Below, piece by piece: positions 27,273-62,603 of a stretch of 64,000 nt of DNA. Source of the stretch: Camelus dromedarius (taxonomy: Eukaryota). Within the stretch, counting starts at the first letter, position 1; each line of letters opens with the position of its first letter. The notes beneath the pieces were generated by a model, which saw only the letters and a program-made list of their open reading frames with translations, made no database searches and was not told where the DNA came from. The stretch covers positions 3,782,001-3,846,000 of the forward strand of contig NC_087458.1 in NCBI RefSeq assembly GCF_036321535.1, in the 5' to 3' direction. A program made the translations under genes and the position numbers.

Positions 27273-27949
27273 GAAATTTTATACTAAACAGTTTGCTGAT
27301 TGGGGGAAATTTAAACCTTCTGCCTCCAATAACAATATTTATCCTCTGAGCTGAACAGAAAAATGAGGATGGGAATGTTTGTGAACATGCGCTCACCAGA
27401 TTAGAAGTCTGGATGGGACAATATACGTCCTGTGGGAGAGGAAATGGGACTCTCTGTTGCTATCTTTTCTAGGGAAGATCCTTGAGGCAGTTATAGGGCT
27501 CAGAGTTGGGTTTGTTCTTTCATTCAGGCTCAGAGACTAGTACCTTTCCCTTTGTGTCTCTCACTCTTGCAATCTTCCAGTTGGCCCAGACTAGCAGGTT
27601 CTACTGCTCTGGGGTAGCCCTTTGCTTCGTTGCGAGCTGTTGGCGCTTGTGGATAAGTGCATATGTAATCTACTGCTGCCAGAGGAGAGGTACAAAAGCC
27701 AGAACAGCCTTTGTGATTGCCAGTTTTGAAGAGGAAGGGGTGCCTTAAATCTGTCAGAATGGGAAGTCCCCTCAGATACTGGGCCTCATCCTTATTCAAA
27801 AAGCTGCAGCTGCTAAGTGGGTGCTACCCAGTGTCATCAGGAGGCAAAAATGAAGTCTGTGAATTTACCTATATCTACCCTTTTCCATGTATTACTACTT
27901 TCTGACTTGTCTCAGTTTCCACCAAAACCATGTCATCTCCTATCCTAAG

Positions 27950-29700
27950 CCTTGGCAATGTATCAGACTACTCAGTCATTTTACTAACTGCTTATTGGCT
28001 ACTTAACATGTTTCTCTTAGCTAGTTTTACATCTTTCACCTATTTTTCAAGTCCTTTGTTCTCAGTGAATTATTGTCTCCTTTTATGTCAGACAGCATGA
28101 CCTCCTTTCTAAGGCGAACTTCTCCATTTGTGTTTTGATTACCTTTCACCTCTGGAACTTTTGCTGTATCACTTATCCTCTCTTTTTCTTGTAACATCAA
28201 TTTGTTATTGAATTGTTTATTCTTTCTTTCTCCTACAAATGTGATCAGGTCTCTCCTTCTTGAGAAATCTCTTGAGCCTGATTACCCTTTCTCATCTTTT
28301 CTCCATAATTCTTGACACAGTAGTCTAATTGTACTCTTTCTCCTTTCTACCACTCAGTCCTTAAACTCTTGCAGCCTAGCTCTACTACACTTTCTTAAGT
28401 TACCAGTGATCTTATAGAATCAGAGTATTATAATGTAGCTTCCTCCATCCAATCAGTAGCTAGGTCCAGGGGCCTTTACAAAGACTATGCACTTCATACT
28501 CTCTTATCATTTGACGCTCTTGGTAAAGCCTACTGAAACCCTCCTCCCTCAGATCCCATGACAGCACACTATCCCAATTCTCCTCTTACCAATCTGGCAA
28601 CAACTTCTAGGTCTCTTAATAGCCTCACTTCTGCCCACTCCAGAGTGTAGGTGTTGCCCTAGGCTCAGTCCTTGGCTTTTTTCTCTGACTACATTCTTTC
28701 ACTTCAAGGTTTCATTGTCTTTCATGGCTCTAATTATTGCCTCAACTTAGAAGACAGCTGAAGCTTTATCTCCAGTCCCAACCTTTCCCCTGAGATGGCA
28801 TACTGAATGTCTCCATTTCTGCTGGATAGTTCCATTTACATGTTATTAACACTTAAAACTTATCTAAAATTGCAGCATTTTAGAGCCAAGAGGGTACCAT
28901 TTGTATTTAATTCAACCCCTTCATTTTATAGATGAGGAAACTTAGGGAACTTGTGTAAGACAATACAATGTATTATACAGAACTCTTGGTTTCCAGCCAG
29001 GTGCCTTTTCTGGTGTTCACCAATCAAAATATTATCCTTCCTTTAGAGATGTCCTATTCTGCTTTTTTACAGTCTCTTTTTCTTCTGTTGATACTATCGA
29101 TGGTACCATCATTTTTGTAGATAATGAGGCTTAAAATGTGGTGCTATTTATAGTCACCAAATACTTTTTATTCTGTGTTTGGAATGTTTCTTAAAATCCA
29201 TTTCTTTCTGTCCATTCCATTGCCACCTCCCTGGTCTAAACCTTGATTATGGCAATAACCTCTCTTCCTTCTCATACTTTCTCACTGGTAACTAGATTAA
29301 TTTTCCTGGAACATTGCTTTGCATGTCATTTCCTATTCATTGGCTCTCCAGTACTTTGAGAAGAAAGTCCAAAACCTTTAGTCAAGATCTCTGTTTCTTC
29401 CTCTGCTCCCCTGCGTAATTTTCCTGTTCCAGTTTATTTATTTGCCCCTTAACACTGTAAGCCTTTTTGCCTCTAAACTCTTGTTCATGCCGTTCACCTT
29501 GCCCAGCCTTTCCTGCTTCTGTTAACTAAACCCTGCCCTCTTTTCAATGACTAACTCAAGTCCTTCCCCCGATTATTCTCCCACTAAACATGATATATGC
29601 GCTTAGTCTTTGGCCCTTTACTCCATCAAATGAAATCAGTTATATAAAATGCCTAGTACAAAGGTTTGGTATATAGTAGGCTCTCAAAAATGTTACTTTT
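27950..29700 (+). mobile_element. Degenerate L2 fragments between CIART and MRPS21
   Basis: Pyrimidine-rich L2-sense motifs (ttgccctaggctcagtccttgg, tatctccagtcccaacctttcccctgag) ending in an L2 3' tail, cctagtacaaaggtttggtatatagtaggctctcaaaaatgtt. Boundaries approximate. Confidence 0.55.
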
Positions 29701-29729
29701 CTCCTTCCTTTCTTTCAAAGTGTTTTTTT

Positions 29730-29831
29730 AAAATATGGAGTGCTTCACGGATCTGCATGTCATCCTTGCACAGGGGCCATGCTAATCTTCTATCATCTCA
29801 ATTTTAGTGTATGTTCTGCCGAAGCGAGCAC
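29730..29831 (-). pseudogene. RNU6 (pseudogene): Retroposed U6 snRNA pseudogene
   Basis: Minus strand reads GTGCTCGCTTCGGCAGAACATACACTAAAATTGAGATGATA-GAAGATTAGCATGGCCCCTGTGCAAGGATGACATGCAGATCCGTGAAGCACTCCATATTTT. Versus canonical U6 (recalled): 11 substitutions and a 4-nt deletion in the ACAGAGA box. TSD-like flanks caaagtgttttt (29716-29727) and caaagtattttt (29832-29843). Confidence 0.93.
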
Positions 29832-29941
29832 CAAAGTATTTTTATATTTTATCCCATTTGATTCCCATGACAAACTTTGTGTGATTAAAAGCCACTATTA
29901 GTTCCATTTTACAGATAAGAAAATAGACTGATAGTTTAAGT

Positions 29942-30092
29942 CAGGGGTCAGCAAGAGCCAGACAGATACATGCTTTGTGGGCTATACATCTCTGCTGTAA
30001 CTACCCATTGTAGCCCAAAGCAGCCGTACCTAATACATAAACAAACGGCACAAGCTGGATTTGACCTGGAGGCAGTACTTTGCAGACTACTG
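29942..30092. mobile_element. MER58-like hAT MITE nested in a MIR
   Basis: Terminal inverted repeats caggggtcagcaa / ttgcagactactg; 8-bp TSD gtttaagt (29934-29941) / gtttaagg (30093-30100). MIR-like sequence continues on both sides. Confidence 0.75.
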
Positions 30093-30445
30093 GTTTAAGG
30101 TCATACACCTGATGAGTATCAGAATTTGGATAGAATCCAGATCTCCTGATCCTCAACCCAGTGCTTTTCCACCAATTTATGCTGTTGCCTATGTAATTTA
30201 TTTTGCATATGCTATCTTGTTTTACTATTTATCTTTTATGGCTACTTATTGTCTTTTGGTAGTCCAAGAGATACTAGAGTGGTATCAACAGTTCCTGACA
30301 CAAAGTAGACATTCAATAAAAGTCTATCGATAAACATAATTATGTCCCAGTCTAGCTCTATTTTGATACTTTGAACCTGGCTTACTCTAAAGCAGGCGTC
30401 AGTTTTTGCATGAGTCCCATTAGCATAATTGATGAGGCTGCATCT

Positions 30446-30448
<3 letters not shown>

Positions 30449-30486
<38 letters not shown>
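30449..30486. repeat. (TG)15(CG)4 compound microsatellite
   Basis: Read directly. Confidence 0.95.
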
Positions 30487-31049
30487 CCTGTGTGTACTCT
30501 AAGAACCTTGTGTAAGTACCTGCTTGGGACCTTTTGAGCCTTTTCTTACTGTTTTCCAGTAGCCTCTCCCAGTGGATCTGAACTTATGTGAATAAGCATA
30601 AATGGATACATATGTAGAAGTAACACACAAATAAAAGGAAAGCTGTTTCCACAGTGAGGAAGAAATTTAAAAAGGAGCTATTTCTACTAAGTCTCACTAG
30701 GAGACAAATGGGATAGAAGTTGACGTAAAAGAATCTTTGATTCTAAATCCTGCAGGTGTTTTTCCTATTCTTTAGTGATTTCACTTTACTTCATGAAATG
30801 GCTGGGAAGGTCGTATTATAGAAAACTCATGGTATATTCATTTCGTTTATTTTCCTTAGTTTTTAAGCAGATGAGGGGTGTGAAGTTGTTTTCATACATA
30901 AGTCAGATCTCAAAGAATCTGTGTCCTTTGGAAGAGAAAACAGGAAGCATGCTCAGGAACTTCGCCTATTTCCCTCATTTTCCTTCCAGAAGAAGAAATG
31001 GATTAAATATCTATTTCGCATTTCATAGGATTAAGGGGCATGTTAATCC

Positions 31050-31560
31050 CTTCGGGCTGACCTCAGGGGCCGAGGCCGAAGGACGGTGACTCCACGAGAA
31101 GGCGAAGAACTTGTTTGGGGGGAATTTAAGGCAACAAGCATTCCACTTTGTAAGGTGTAGAGTCCAGGCTCGAAACTTGGCCGTGGGGGACGGAGTAAAG
31201 AAACCGTCAACCGGGACCGGGAAGGTTGCCATGGTTTCCACGTAACGTCCCTCCCCTTTCAGCCTCAGTGTCTGCGCGGCGCTGGAGATTACACAGCTTC
31301 CGCTTCCGGTCGGGGCGGGCTCTGGGTCGGCTGGACCCTGGGGGGTGAGGGGTGAGAGTTGAGAGGTCCCTGCACAGGTTGGCGAAAGGAAGGTGAGTGT
31401 GGCGGGATGGCGCGGTTGCAGGCTGTTGCCCACATTCCTAAGCCCCGAGAAAGGCTCCGTTCCCAATTCCCACCTCAAACCCTCCTGGAACCGTTAGCGA
31501 TAATGGGGCGGGGCGAGGGGCCTGTGCCGCGTCCCGGTCCTCCCGTGCTCGGCCAAGTGA
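31050..31560 (+). promoter_or_regulatory. MRPS21: MRPS21 CpG-rich promoter and non-coding exon 1
   Basis: CpG-dense. Tandem ETS/GABP motif CTTCCGCTTCCGG at 31297-31309 next to a GC box; donor at 31393. Confidence 0.8.
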
Positions 31561-31827
31561 CTCAAAAGTGGGGACGCCCTGCTACCATCTCTTTTCTTCC
31601 CTATGGTAGGGTTTATATTGGTAAAGAAAACGAGGGAGTCTTGAACACGATTCGCGTGTACTTTCTAGGATATGAGGACTTGCAAGTGCCCCTGTGTCGC
31701 ATGTTCCAGAGCCTGTTGCATTTCCAGACCCTGAATAAGCCACGCGGTACAGTGTGTGTTCTCTTGTGATTATCTTTCTTACCTGGGTTCTGTGCTTTAT
31801 TCCCTTTTCCTCCATGCTGCAGACTGA

Positions 31828-39920
<8,093 letters not shown>

Positions 39921-40012
39921 GGCCTGGAGATAGGAGGCCCAGTATGAAAACCCTTATCCAGTTGTCTCCACCTCTTTTCCTTCTTCAACCCCATTTTCTC
40001 TTACCTTCCTAC

Positions 40013-40018
40013 AATAAA
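40013..40018 (+). terminator. MRPS21: MRPS21 poly(A) signal AATAAA
   Basis: 93 nt after the stop. Confidence 0.75.
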
Positions 40019-40104
40019 CTCAATCACATACATGTAAGAAGGCCTGCATGTATAGAAGCAATCCCACTAGTCAGCAGTGGACTCTCTCTCTCATGAAGTC
40101 AAAG

Positions 40105-40320
40105 ACACTGAGTCAAAAAGTAGTCTAAGAGTAGAATGCCGATTGCCAAGAGCTAGTGTTGGGAGTGGGGAAGTGGGAAATTATTTATTGACTACCGTTT
40201 CAGTTTGGGAAGATAAAAAAGTTCTGGAGATAAGTGGTGGTGATAGTTGCACAACAGTGTGAATGTTCTTAATGCCACTGAGCTGTACACTTAAATGATA
40301 AAAATGGTAAATTTAAGTAG
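40105..40320 (+). mobile_element. Old LINE-1 (L1M-type) 3' UTR fragment
   Basis: gtttcagtttgggaagataaaaaagttctggagataagtggtggtgatagttgcacaacagtgtgaatgttcttaatgccactgagctgtacacttaaa is the characteristic L1M 3' motif. Confidence 0.85.
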
Positions 40321-40704
40321 TCTAAGAGGTGGAAAAATTTTCTAAAGCGTGGTGGAGTATATCTACTGTTTTCTAACCAATTTTTTTGAAACCCAAAGCA
40401 AGGTTTTATTTTTGGAAAAGCATCTGTTCCTCTTTTCTGAACTGCCTCCCAACTATTAGGTAAAAGGCAGGAGAGGAAACATGTATGTATTTGGAGTAAA
40501 TTCTGCTTCTGAAACACCCATCAGCCAGAGTAGAGAGCTGGAATCCTTGCCCAGAGGAATGCTGATATTTACTCCTGTTTTGTCTTTCATTTGGTTTTCC
40601 TAAAGGAGGTTAGTGGAGGTTAATGGTGGAAAAGCATCAGATGGATGGTAGGAAAGAGGAAATGGGAGTGTTAAGGAAGGGCACAGAGCCAGAGATACCT
40701 ACCG

Positions 40705-40885
40705 CATGGTTCTCAAAATGTCATCTTCCGATCAGCAGCATCAGCATCACCTGAGAAATTGCTTGAAATGCAAATTTAGGGGTCCCAATTTTTAGACATT
40801 CTGAACTGGAAATTGAGGTTGGAACCCAGTAATCTATTTAAACAATCCCTGCAAATGATTCTGGTGCCTACAAAAATTTTAAAGT
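40705..40885. mobile_element. MER5A-like hAT MITE
   Basis: ggttctcaaaatg...cagcagcatcagcatcacctgagaaattgcttgaaatgcaaattt...aatctatttaaacaa...atgattctg. Confidence 0.75.
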
Positions 40886-42354
40886 CACTTCACTAGAGAA
40901 CTCAAAAGAGATTCCAGGTAGTGGTGCCTTCCTACCACCCCTTCCTCTCCTCCAGAGGCGCTCCTGGTTATGTGATCCTTGACAGCTGGGGCTGTGGTAA
41001 GACCAGCTGCTCTCCTCCTCTCCTGCTGTGTTTGCCTGGCCTTTGTCCCCTGACAGCCCTGCCTGGTAGTAGAAGAGTTGATGCCAACCCCTGTAGAAGA
41101 GTGCTGAAGGAGGCAGGGGTGGCTGGCCCACCCTCACCCTGACTGCAGCCCTCAGCACGGTGTCAAAAAAGTAACAGCTGCAGACTGCCCGTCTCCTGCA
41201 TCTCCAGATTACTAGTGGTCAAATATTGCCCCCTTGTGGTATAGTAGCATGGCTTCAGATTTCTTCTGGCCTTAATTCTGCCTTTTCAGTATCTTTTTTC
41301 CCCTTTCACAATAACCGTAATTTGATGGAACCACTGTTCCTTGTTTCTGAGGGCTTGATCTTTCTTTCGCTCATCAGGAGTAAGGCCCATGGTGAATAAA
41401 GCATATTATTGAGCACTACACAGAAATAGCTTAGAAACAGAAGATCTGGTCCTTGCCCTCTAGAAACTTACATTGTGGTTGGAGAAATTCAATATACAGA
41501 TTGTCTTCAACTTTGTTACTTTTGTACAATCTCATTTTAACAAGTTAGACATTGAAAATTCTGAATTACCTTTCAGTCTCTGAATTTGATCTTTAATATA
41601 TCAGTTTTGAATGATTTTGAGCCATGGTGTGGTATTACCTCCTGGCAATTGCTGTTGCTAAAAAATAAAGACCCGGCTCCTGCCAAAATGGTAGGATATG
41701 TTTGTGGTAGCAGAACTGGGCCTGTTACTTGGCAGCTTTTCTCTGAGGCTAAAGTTGCTTCTGACCTCCCTCCAAAATACCAAGGGGTGGCTAAGGTCTG
41801 GAATTTGTCTCTGAAATTATCCCCTGCTTGTCCTAATCTCCAGTCCTCACCATTGTTCATGTTCCCGGGAGCAGTGAATAATGTTCAGTTGTAGCAGGTA
41901 GCCAGTTTTGAAGGCCCATGTGAGAAGGGGTTAACAGGCTGGCTGAAGTCCCCGTCAGCTTGTGCTGTCATGGAAGGGAGAAAGACCTTGCTCTGGGAAA
42001 CTAGAGGATACCACATGGTCCTTTAATGAGTGGGGATTGCCCCAATATTTTTATTCCTACATTGGGTTCAGGAGAGGGGTGGTTTAGTATTTACACAGTT
42101 AACAGGGTAATAGATACAGTACCTCCTACCTTGGCCTTAGGCACCCATGGCATCTCTTGGACTTCCACTAGGTTGCCTCTAACAGGCCTGTTCCAATCAT
42201 AATTTAAGGATCTTACAATGTTCTCTGGAAAAAGGCACCTCTTTACAATTGTGACTTTGTTGAGTAATTCTGACATTGTACTTTAAAGTTACCAGAAGTG
42301 CACTAAGTACAAAATGAGAGTTTGCCTATATGTTAACTGAAAAGGCATAGAACT

Positions 42355-42740
42355 TTTAAATTTTGAATTCCAGTTTATCTATTTTTTCTTTTTTGTTGCA
42401 GTGTTTTTGGCGTTATAGCCAAGAAATCATTGCCAAATTCAGTATCACGGAGACTTTCTCATTTCCTTCTAAGACTTTTTATAGTTTTTGCTCTTAGGTT
42501 TACGTCTTTGATCCACTTAGAGTTAATTTTTGTATATGGTGTGAGGAAGGGGTCCATCTTTATTCTCTTGCATGTGGATGTCCAGTTTTCCCTGCACCAT
42601 TTGTTGAGCAGACTGTCTTTTCTCCATTGAAGGTCTTGACACCCTTGTAAACATTCAACTGATCGTATATGTAAGATTTATTCCTGGGCTCTGTTCTATT
42701 CTGTTGATCTATATGTCCATCCTTATGCCAATGTTACACT
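42355..42740 (-). mobile_element. LINE-1 ORF2 fragment (antisense)
   Basis: aagaaatcattgcca...tttgatccacttagagttaatttttgtatatggtgtgagg...catgtggatgtccagttttccctgcaccatttgttgag is typical antisense L1 ORF2 sequence. Confidence 0.85.
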
Positions 42741-43699
42741 AAATATGTTTTATATATTACATTTAATCCTTAGAATACTCTTTTAAAGTAGAGATTCTTA
42801 ATCTTATTTTATAATTGAGAAAACAATCTCAGAAAAATTAATTACCCAAAGGAATCACAGCTAGTAACTGTGAGACTAAGGATTTAAACACATCAGATTC
42901 CAAATATTGGAAATAAAATCAGTTCCTGAAAGAACATTTCCCTCTGGGGAATTGAGTACAAGCAGTTAAAAGCACTGGAACTAAATTGACAGCTCTGCAG
43001 AGTTGGAACTCGTTTGCTCATTCAACAGACTTCGGAGTGAATATTATGTAAAACATTGGTTTTAGGTTCTGTAGATAGACTGAGGAAACAGGCATGAGTA
43101 AGTTGAGCTGCAGCCTCCCTCAATTTGTTACTCAAAGCCAGGATTTATTCATTACTTCATGCTGCATCATCAGGGAAGATGGGTTTTGGAATATATTTCT
43201 AAAACTTTTAAAACCAGTTTTTAAATATAAAAATCTTGTGCTACCTGGGAAATTCTAATAGCCTTCCTAGGGAATAACTACATTTCCTTGTGAAGCTACT
43301 ATCTAAGAAGACGTCTTGGACTTTTAATTTCTGTAGTTTGTAATCTAGAAATAGCAGTATTTTTGTTTAATTTTCCATGTATGAAATTGTGTCATAATAT
43401 TGGACATGCTTTTCCAAGTTATGCTTCACCAACACACATGCTTTTCAGAAACAGTGGTTTAAAGGGTCAGTAGGTTTAGAGACTTATTTTGAAGAAAATA
43501 AAAAATACAGGCTTATTAATAGAATGAGGAAAGCAATGAGCCCTTAACATGCCTGGAACAATGGCATTATCATAGTTCCTGGAGATACAGACAATATGAC
43601 ACAATTCCTGCCCGTAAGACATTTCCATTCTTAAGGAAACCAGAATTCAGCAGGTTCTGAAGTCTGCAAGATCCACTGCTGAAAAAGGTCTATTCTGTA

Positions 43700-45050
43700 G
43701 TTCAACAAATATTTAATTGTGCCAGGTGCTATTGTAGGCATTTAAGATCTACCAGTGAACAATGATTCCTCCTTTATGGAGTTAACTTCCTAGCAGAGTG
43801 AGTCAGATGATAAGCAATAAGTGTAATTAGGTTATCTAGTACTAGTACCATAAGTGGTGATAAGTACTAAGGAAAAGGAGAAAAAAAAGTTGGGGTAATC
43901 AACTGTGCCAAGCAAGATTCAGAATTAAATAGGGTGGTTGGGGAAGATTCACTGAGGTTAATTTTGAATAAAAATCTGAAAGTGAGAGAGCAAACCAGGC
44001 AAATATCTGGATGAAGAGCCAGCCAGGCAGAAAGCAGCAAGTGCAAAGGCCTTGAGGTGAAATTACATTCAAGGAGCAACAAGGGGTCAGGGTTCTGGAG
44101 ATGTGGAGCTGAATGAGTGAAGGAAAGATTGGTAGATGAGATCACAGAGGTAATAGAGTGGGGCACAGATGTTGTGGGGCACTTTGCTCTATAGGAAAAC
44201 CAGGGGATAGTTTTGAGCAGGGAAGTGATGACATTTCTGTTGTGTCAATGTGATCACTGGCTACTGTGATCAGACTAAATAGGGACAAGGTGGAAGGAAG
44301 AGAAAGCAGTAAGGAGTCTACTATAATAACCCAAGTATAAAGGTGATAGTGGAGGGTGGAGAGAAGCAGATGGGTTCTGTATATATTTTTAAAGTAGGGC
44401 CTATGTAACTTGCTGATGAACTGGAGAGAAATGAGTCCATGTTGACGCTGAGATTATTGGCCTGCATAACTGTGTTGACTAAAAGAAAAACACACAACGT
44501 GAGAGTTGTAAGTTTAGTTTTATTCAGGGTCTTACTGAGGGAGAACACAGGTTCAGGAAGCACTTTCATTGTGTTGCACCAGACTACAAAATGAGGAAGG
44601 CTTATAAAGGCAATAAGTTACAGTTACATGAGTTCTTTATCAAGAATTATAATTGGAACTGGCAAGAGGTAAGGGTGCTTGGTAAGTAGAATTGGTTGAG
44701 GTCTGAAATGGGTATATAGTTACAAGGGGAAACCTTGAGACCATAAGGCTGTAGCTGGCAGGTGTTGTTCTGAATGCCACTGATGGTGTCCCTGGTCTGG
44801 TACAGTTCAAAGAAAGTTCAAGTTCTCAGTGGGGCAGAGATGTGCCTGAGATCAGATCATCAGTGGCTTCCTGACTCCTTTTTTGTATGCCTGAACTGTG
44901 ATTACTCTATTATAATTGCAATTTGTCATCAAATGTAAGAATAGTGTTGCCACTAAGTGAGATGTGGAAGATTTGGGGGAGATTATTTTGGGGGGATATT
45001 TGGTGGCTAGAATCAGCTTTCATCATGTACATTTAGAATGTTTAGTATAC
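43700..45050 (-). mobile_element. L2 fragment interrupted by an LTR
   Basis: Starts caacaaatatttaattgtgccaggtgctattgtagg (antisense L2 3' end); includes gcaagtgcaaaggccttgagg. L2-like sequence resumes after 44931. Confidence 0.65.
44473..44931 (-). mobile_element. Putative solo ERV LTR
   Basis: Segment of ~460 bp bounded by TG (tgttgac) and CA (tgtcatca). Minus-strand AATAAA (plus tttatt near 44519) lies ~45 nt from the minus-strand 3' end. It splits an L2. No clean TSD seen. Confidence 0.5.
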
Positions 45051-45449
45051 ATTTATGTAGGCAACTGGATATATTACTATGTATCAAGTAGCTTTATTGA
45101 ACTCTGTGAGAGGCACTGTTTTAAGTGTATTACCCTCAGGCATCTTGTGGTCTTCACAGCAACCCTGTGAGGTTGGATTTGTTTTATAGGTGAGGAAACA
45201 GAAGGCTTAAGGAACTTGCCTAATGTCAGAGCTAATGAGCGGGAAAGCTCGAATAAAAATCTAGGTAGTCTGGCTTTAAGATTTGTGCTCTTGCTTAATC
45301 ATAAAACAATATTGAGTCTCAGGGGATGCCGGGCACAAAGTAATAGGCAGTCAATAATTCTTTGTTCAGTGAATGAATGAAAGAGACAAAAAAGCGGGGG
45401 GGGGGGGGGGGGCAAAGGTTAAGTAGGGGTGGCTAATGGTAGTGATCAC

Positions 45450-45860
45450 GACTCCCTTAAATTCTGCCAGAAAGTCCGCGTTTACTCCAAACGCAGAAGC
45501 CCCGCTTTTTAGATCTAGTATAACCATAGCGCACTTATTCTCCACACTAATTTCTGCTTCAGGTAACATTCACGTTGCAACAACCTAGTTAACAGATGTA
45601 GCTCGGGAAACCGACGGACGTGAGCACTTCGCCTGAGGAAACCTTTAGCGTTCCGGCACGCATGCGCTCCGCCGCCTGGACAGTGGCTACCACGGCTGCG
45701 CGAATCGGCGGCCCCTCCCTCCCTCATCACATGCTGAGGGACCGCGGCGTGGCGGCGGCCGTGGCGGCAGCTACGGCAGGCCATAGGGCGGTCGGAGGGT
45801 TTCCGGTTCCGGTGTAACGTTCGGGCTCCGTCTCTGGGGCTGAAGTTTGAGAGGTGAGTA
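45450..45860 (+). promoter_or_regulatory. PRPF3: PRPF3 CpG-rich promoter and non-coding exon 1
   Basis: CpG-dense. NRF1-like ACGCATGCGC at 45658-45667, tandem ETS TTCCGGTTCCGG at 45801-45812, donor GAG|gtgagt at 45853/45854; exon 2 acceptor at 48025/48026. Confidence 0.82.
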
Positions 45861-48037
45861 GTGGCCCCGGGCCCAGAGAAGGTGTCTTTGGGTCCTACCA
45901 CCTGGGGCTAGGGCTCAGTCCAAGAGGAGGACCGAGGCGGGAAGGCTCAGCGGAACGGCAGCTGAGAAAAGAACAGAGTTCTGCGGGAGAACGGGTTGGA
46001 ATGAGATTGTTGAGAGGAAAAGGGCGGGGGCGGGAAAGGGATGGGGTGAGGAGACTAGCTCTGAGATGAGGAGTTCGGGTAGAACAAGGTGGGGTAAGGG
46101 ACCAGTCAGAAAGATGGAGAGAGCAAAAAGAGAAGAACGGGGGTTTCAGGGAGGAAATTTGGCTTGTAGCAAAGAAGAGCACGGAGTAAGGAAATCCTTC
46201 AGAAGATTAGATTATGCTACCTGCTCATTCAGAGATCATTCTGCTTTCCTCTCCTTCAACACCATAACCACCCCCCACCCCGCCCACGCAGTTACTGCTG
46301 AACCTTTGATTAGCGACAAAGCTAGTTACTGTTTGGAACTTCTATTTTTGCCCACTGACTGTTTAGTTTGCACGTTATCTAATGGAGGAATGGATTGAAG
46401 TTGAATACGTTTGTTAGTGTAGTGCTTGGGCACACATATCATCTGATAAGAGTGGTACCCCATTTATTGCTTTGGATTTTCAAATTGCTTACACTTTCTA
46501 GCTTATGATTCAGTTATAGTGGAATATATAGCGACTGGGGCTAGGGCTCAATACAAGGGGAGGATTTTTGTCTATTTTGTTCAGTGTTGTATGTATCCTC
46601 AGCACCCAGTACGCTGCTTGACAGTTAGTAGTTATGCAGTAAATATTTACTGAATGATTTAACTGTCATATAGGTATGACAGTGTCCTCATTTTGTAAGA
46701 TGACTGAACTGAGGCTCACAGGAATTACTTGCCAGAAGGCTGGTAAATAGTAGTGCTCAGTGTCTGAACTATTCAGTGTAAGCCCTTTCTTCACTCTCTG
46801 TAGTGTCAATATGCTTCTTTTGAGCAATGCACAGTTAACATGTCAAGATTGAAAGGCTATACTGCTATCTCCTGGTGGGTAGATAGAGCCATTGTAGAAT
46901 TACTCATATAACATGTCACCAAGGCACAAAATCTTTCACTCTTAGTTTAATGACTTTAATCTACTAGCTTCATATGGTTATACCAAAATTAAATACACCA
47001 TTTAGCAACAGGTCTTAGAGGATAAACCTGCCAAGAATGTAAAAGTTAATCAGACTGTACCTTTTAGGAGAAAAGATGTCTTAAAACATCTTGAAAGATT
47101 GACTCCCAGGTCAGACCCTGATGTGTGGCACCACTGGAAGGATATTAGCTTGGGGTCAGTCTAACTTACTGACTTTTAGGCACTATGGAGAAAATCAGGG
47201 AAATAAAATTGTTTCTGTGCTCATAAACAGTTTTGAGATTTAGGTAGGATATAAAAATGTAAACATGAATAGAGTTTAAAAATTGTACTAACTTGCACTA
47301 AGTAACAAATTAGAGATTGTTGTAGAGAGTCTTTTATAATGGTGTTTTCTCTATTAAGCCAAAAAGTAGAAGAATAAAGTGAAAAGAGAGAAAGAGAATG
47401 CATCCAAAATAAGGGTAATCTTTTCTGAACTGAGGGATTATTTAATGACAGAGACCGTAGATCATGAGAGAAAAGTATCTGGATATAGAATTCCCACCAG
47501 GATGAATATGGCTACAGAGAAATGTGACAGAACAGTCTTAAGGATTATGAGCTTTCATATAGGATGACTGACCTGGATAAGCCCTCCCGCATTTGCACCC
47601 CTTAAAAGAAGCCTGGGTTAAGGAATGCCTGCCTAGAAATAGGAAGAATAGAAAAGCTGGCCTCTCAGTGGGTTTTTTCAGTCTGATTTTCATGTTATAT
47701 GTTTTCCAGTACTTGCTGAATATGACAGAATTGAAAAAGAAGCTAGAACTCATTTCTCAGACTAGGTTATTCCCAAGGTTTGTAGATTCCACAGATTTCA
47801 TTGATCCACTGATACTTACTGAGTTAGGGTTAAAATCAAATGAAATTCTTTCTGCTTTGAAATATGGGTTATAGGGAAAGTATCTGGCTTGAAATGAAGT
47901 GGAAGAAATTGCCTAAGGATTGAGAATAGGGATGAGGAAAGCATTACAGATATACTAACCATTGCCTGGAATCATTTTAGTCTTTTCCTATCCTATGACT
48001 TAACTCTTTACTGGTTTCTTTTCAGGTGCAGTATTGA

Positions 48038-62603
<14,566 letters not shown>

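Noticed and set aside
31023-31478. 151-codon minus-strand ORF at the MRPS21 promoter; similarly 45515-45901 at PRPF3
   Set aside because: Stop-poor GC-rich CpG-island sequence; no protein features or splice support.
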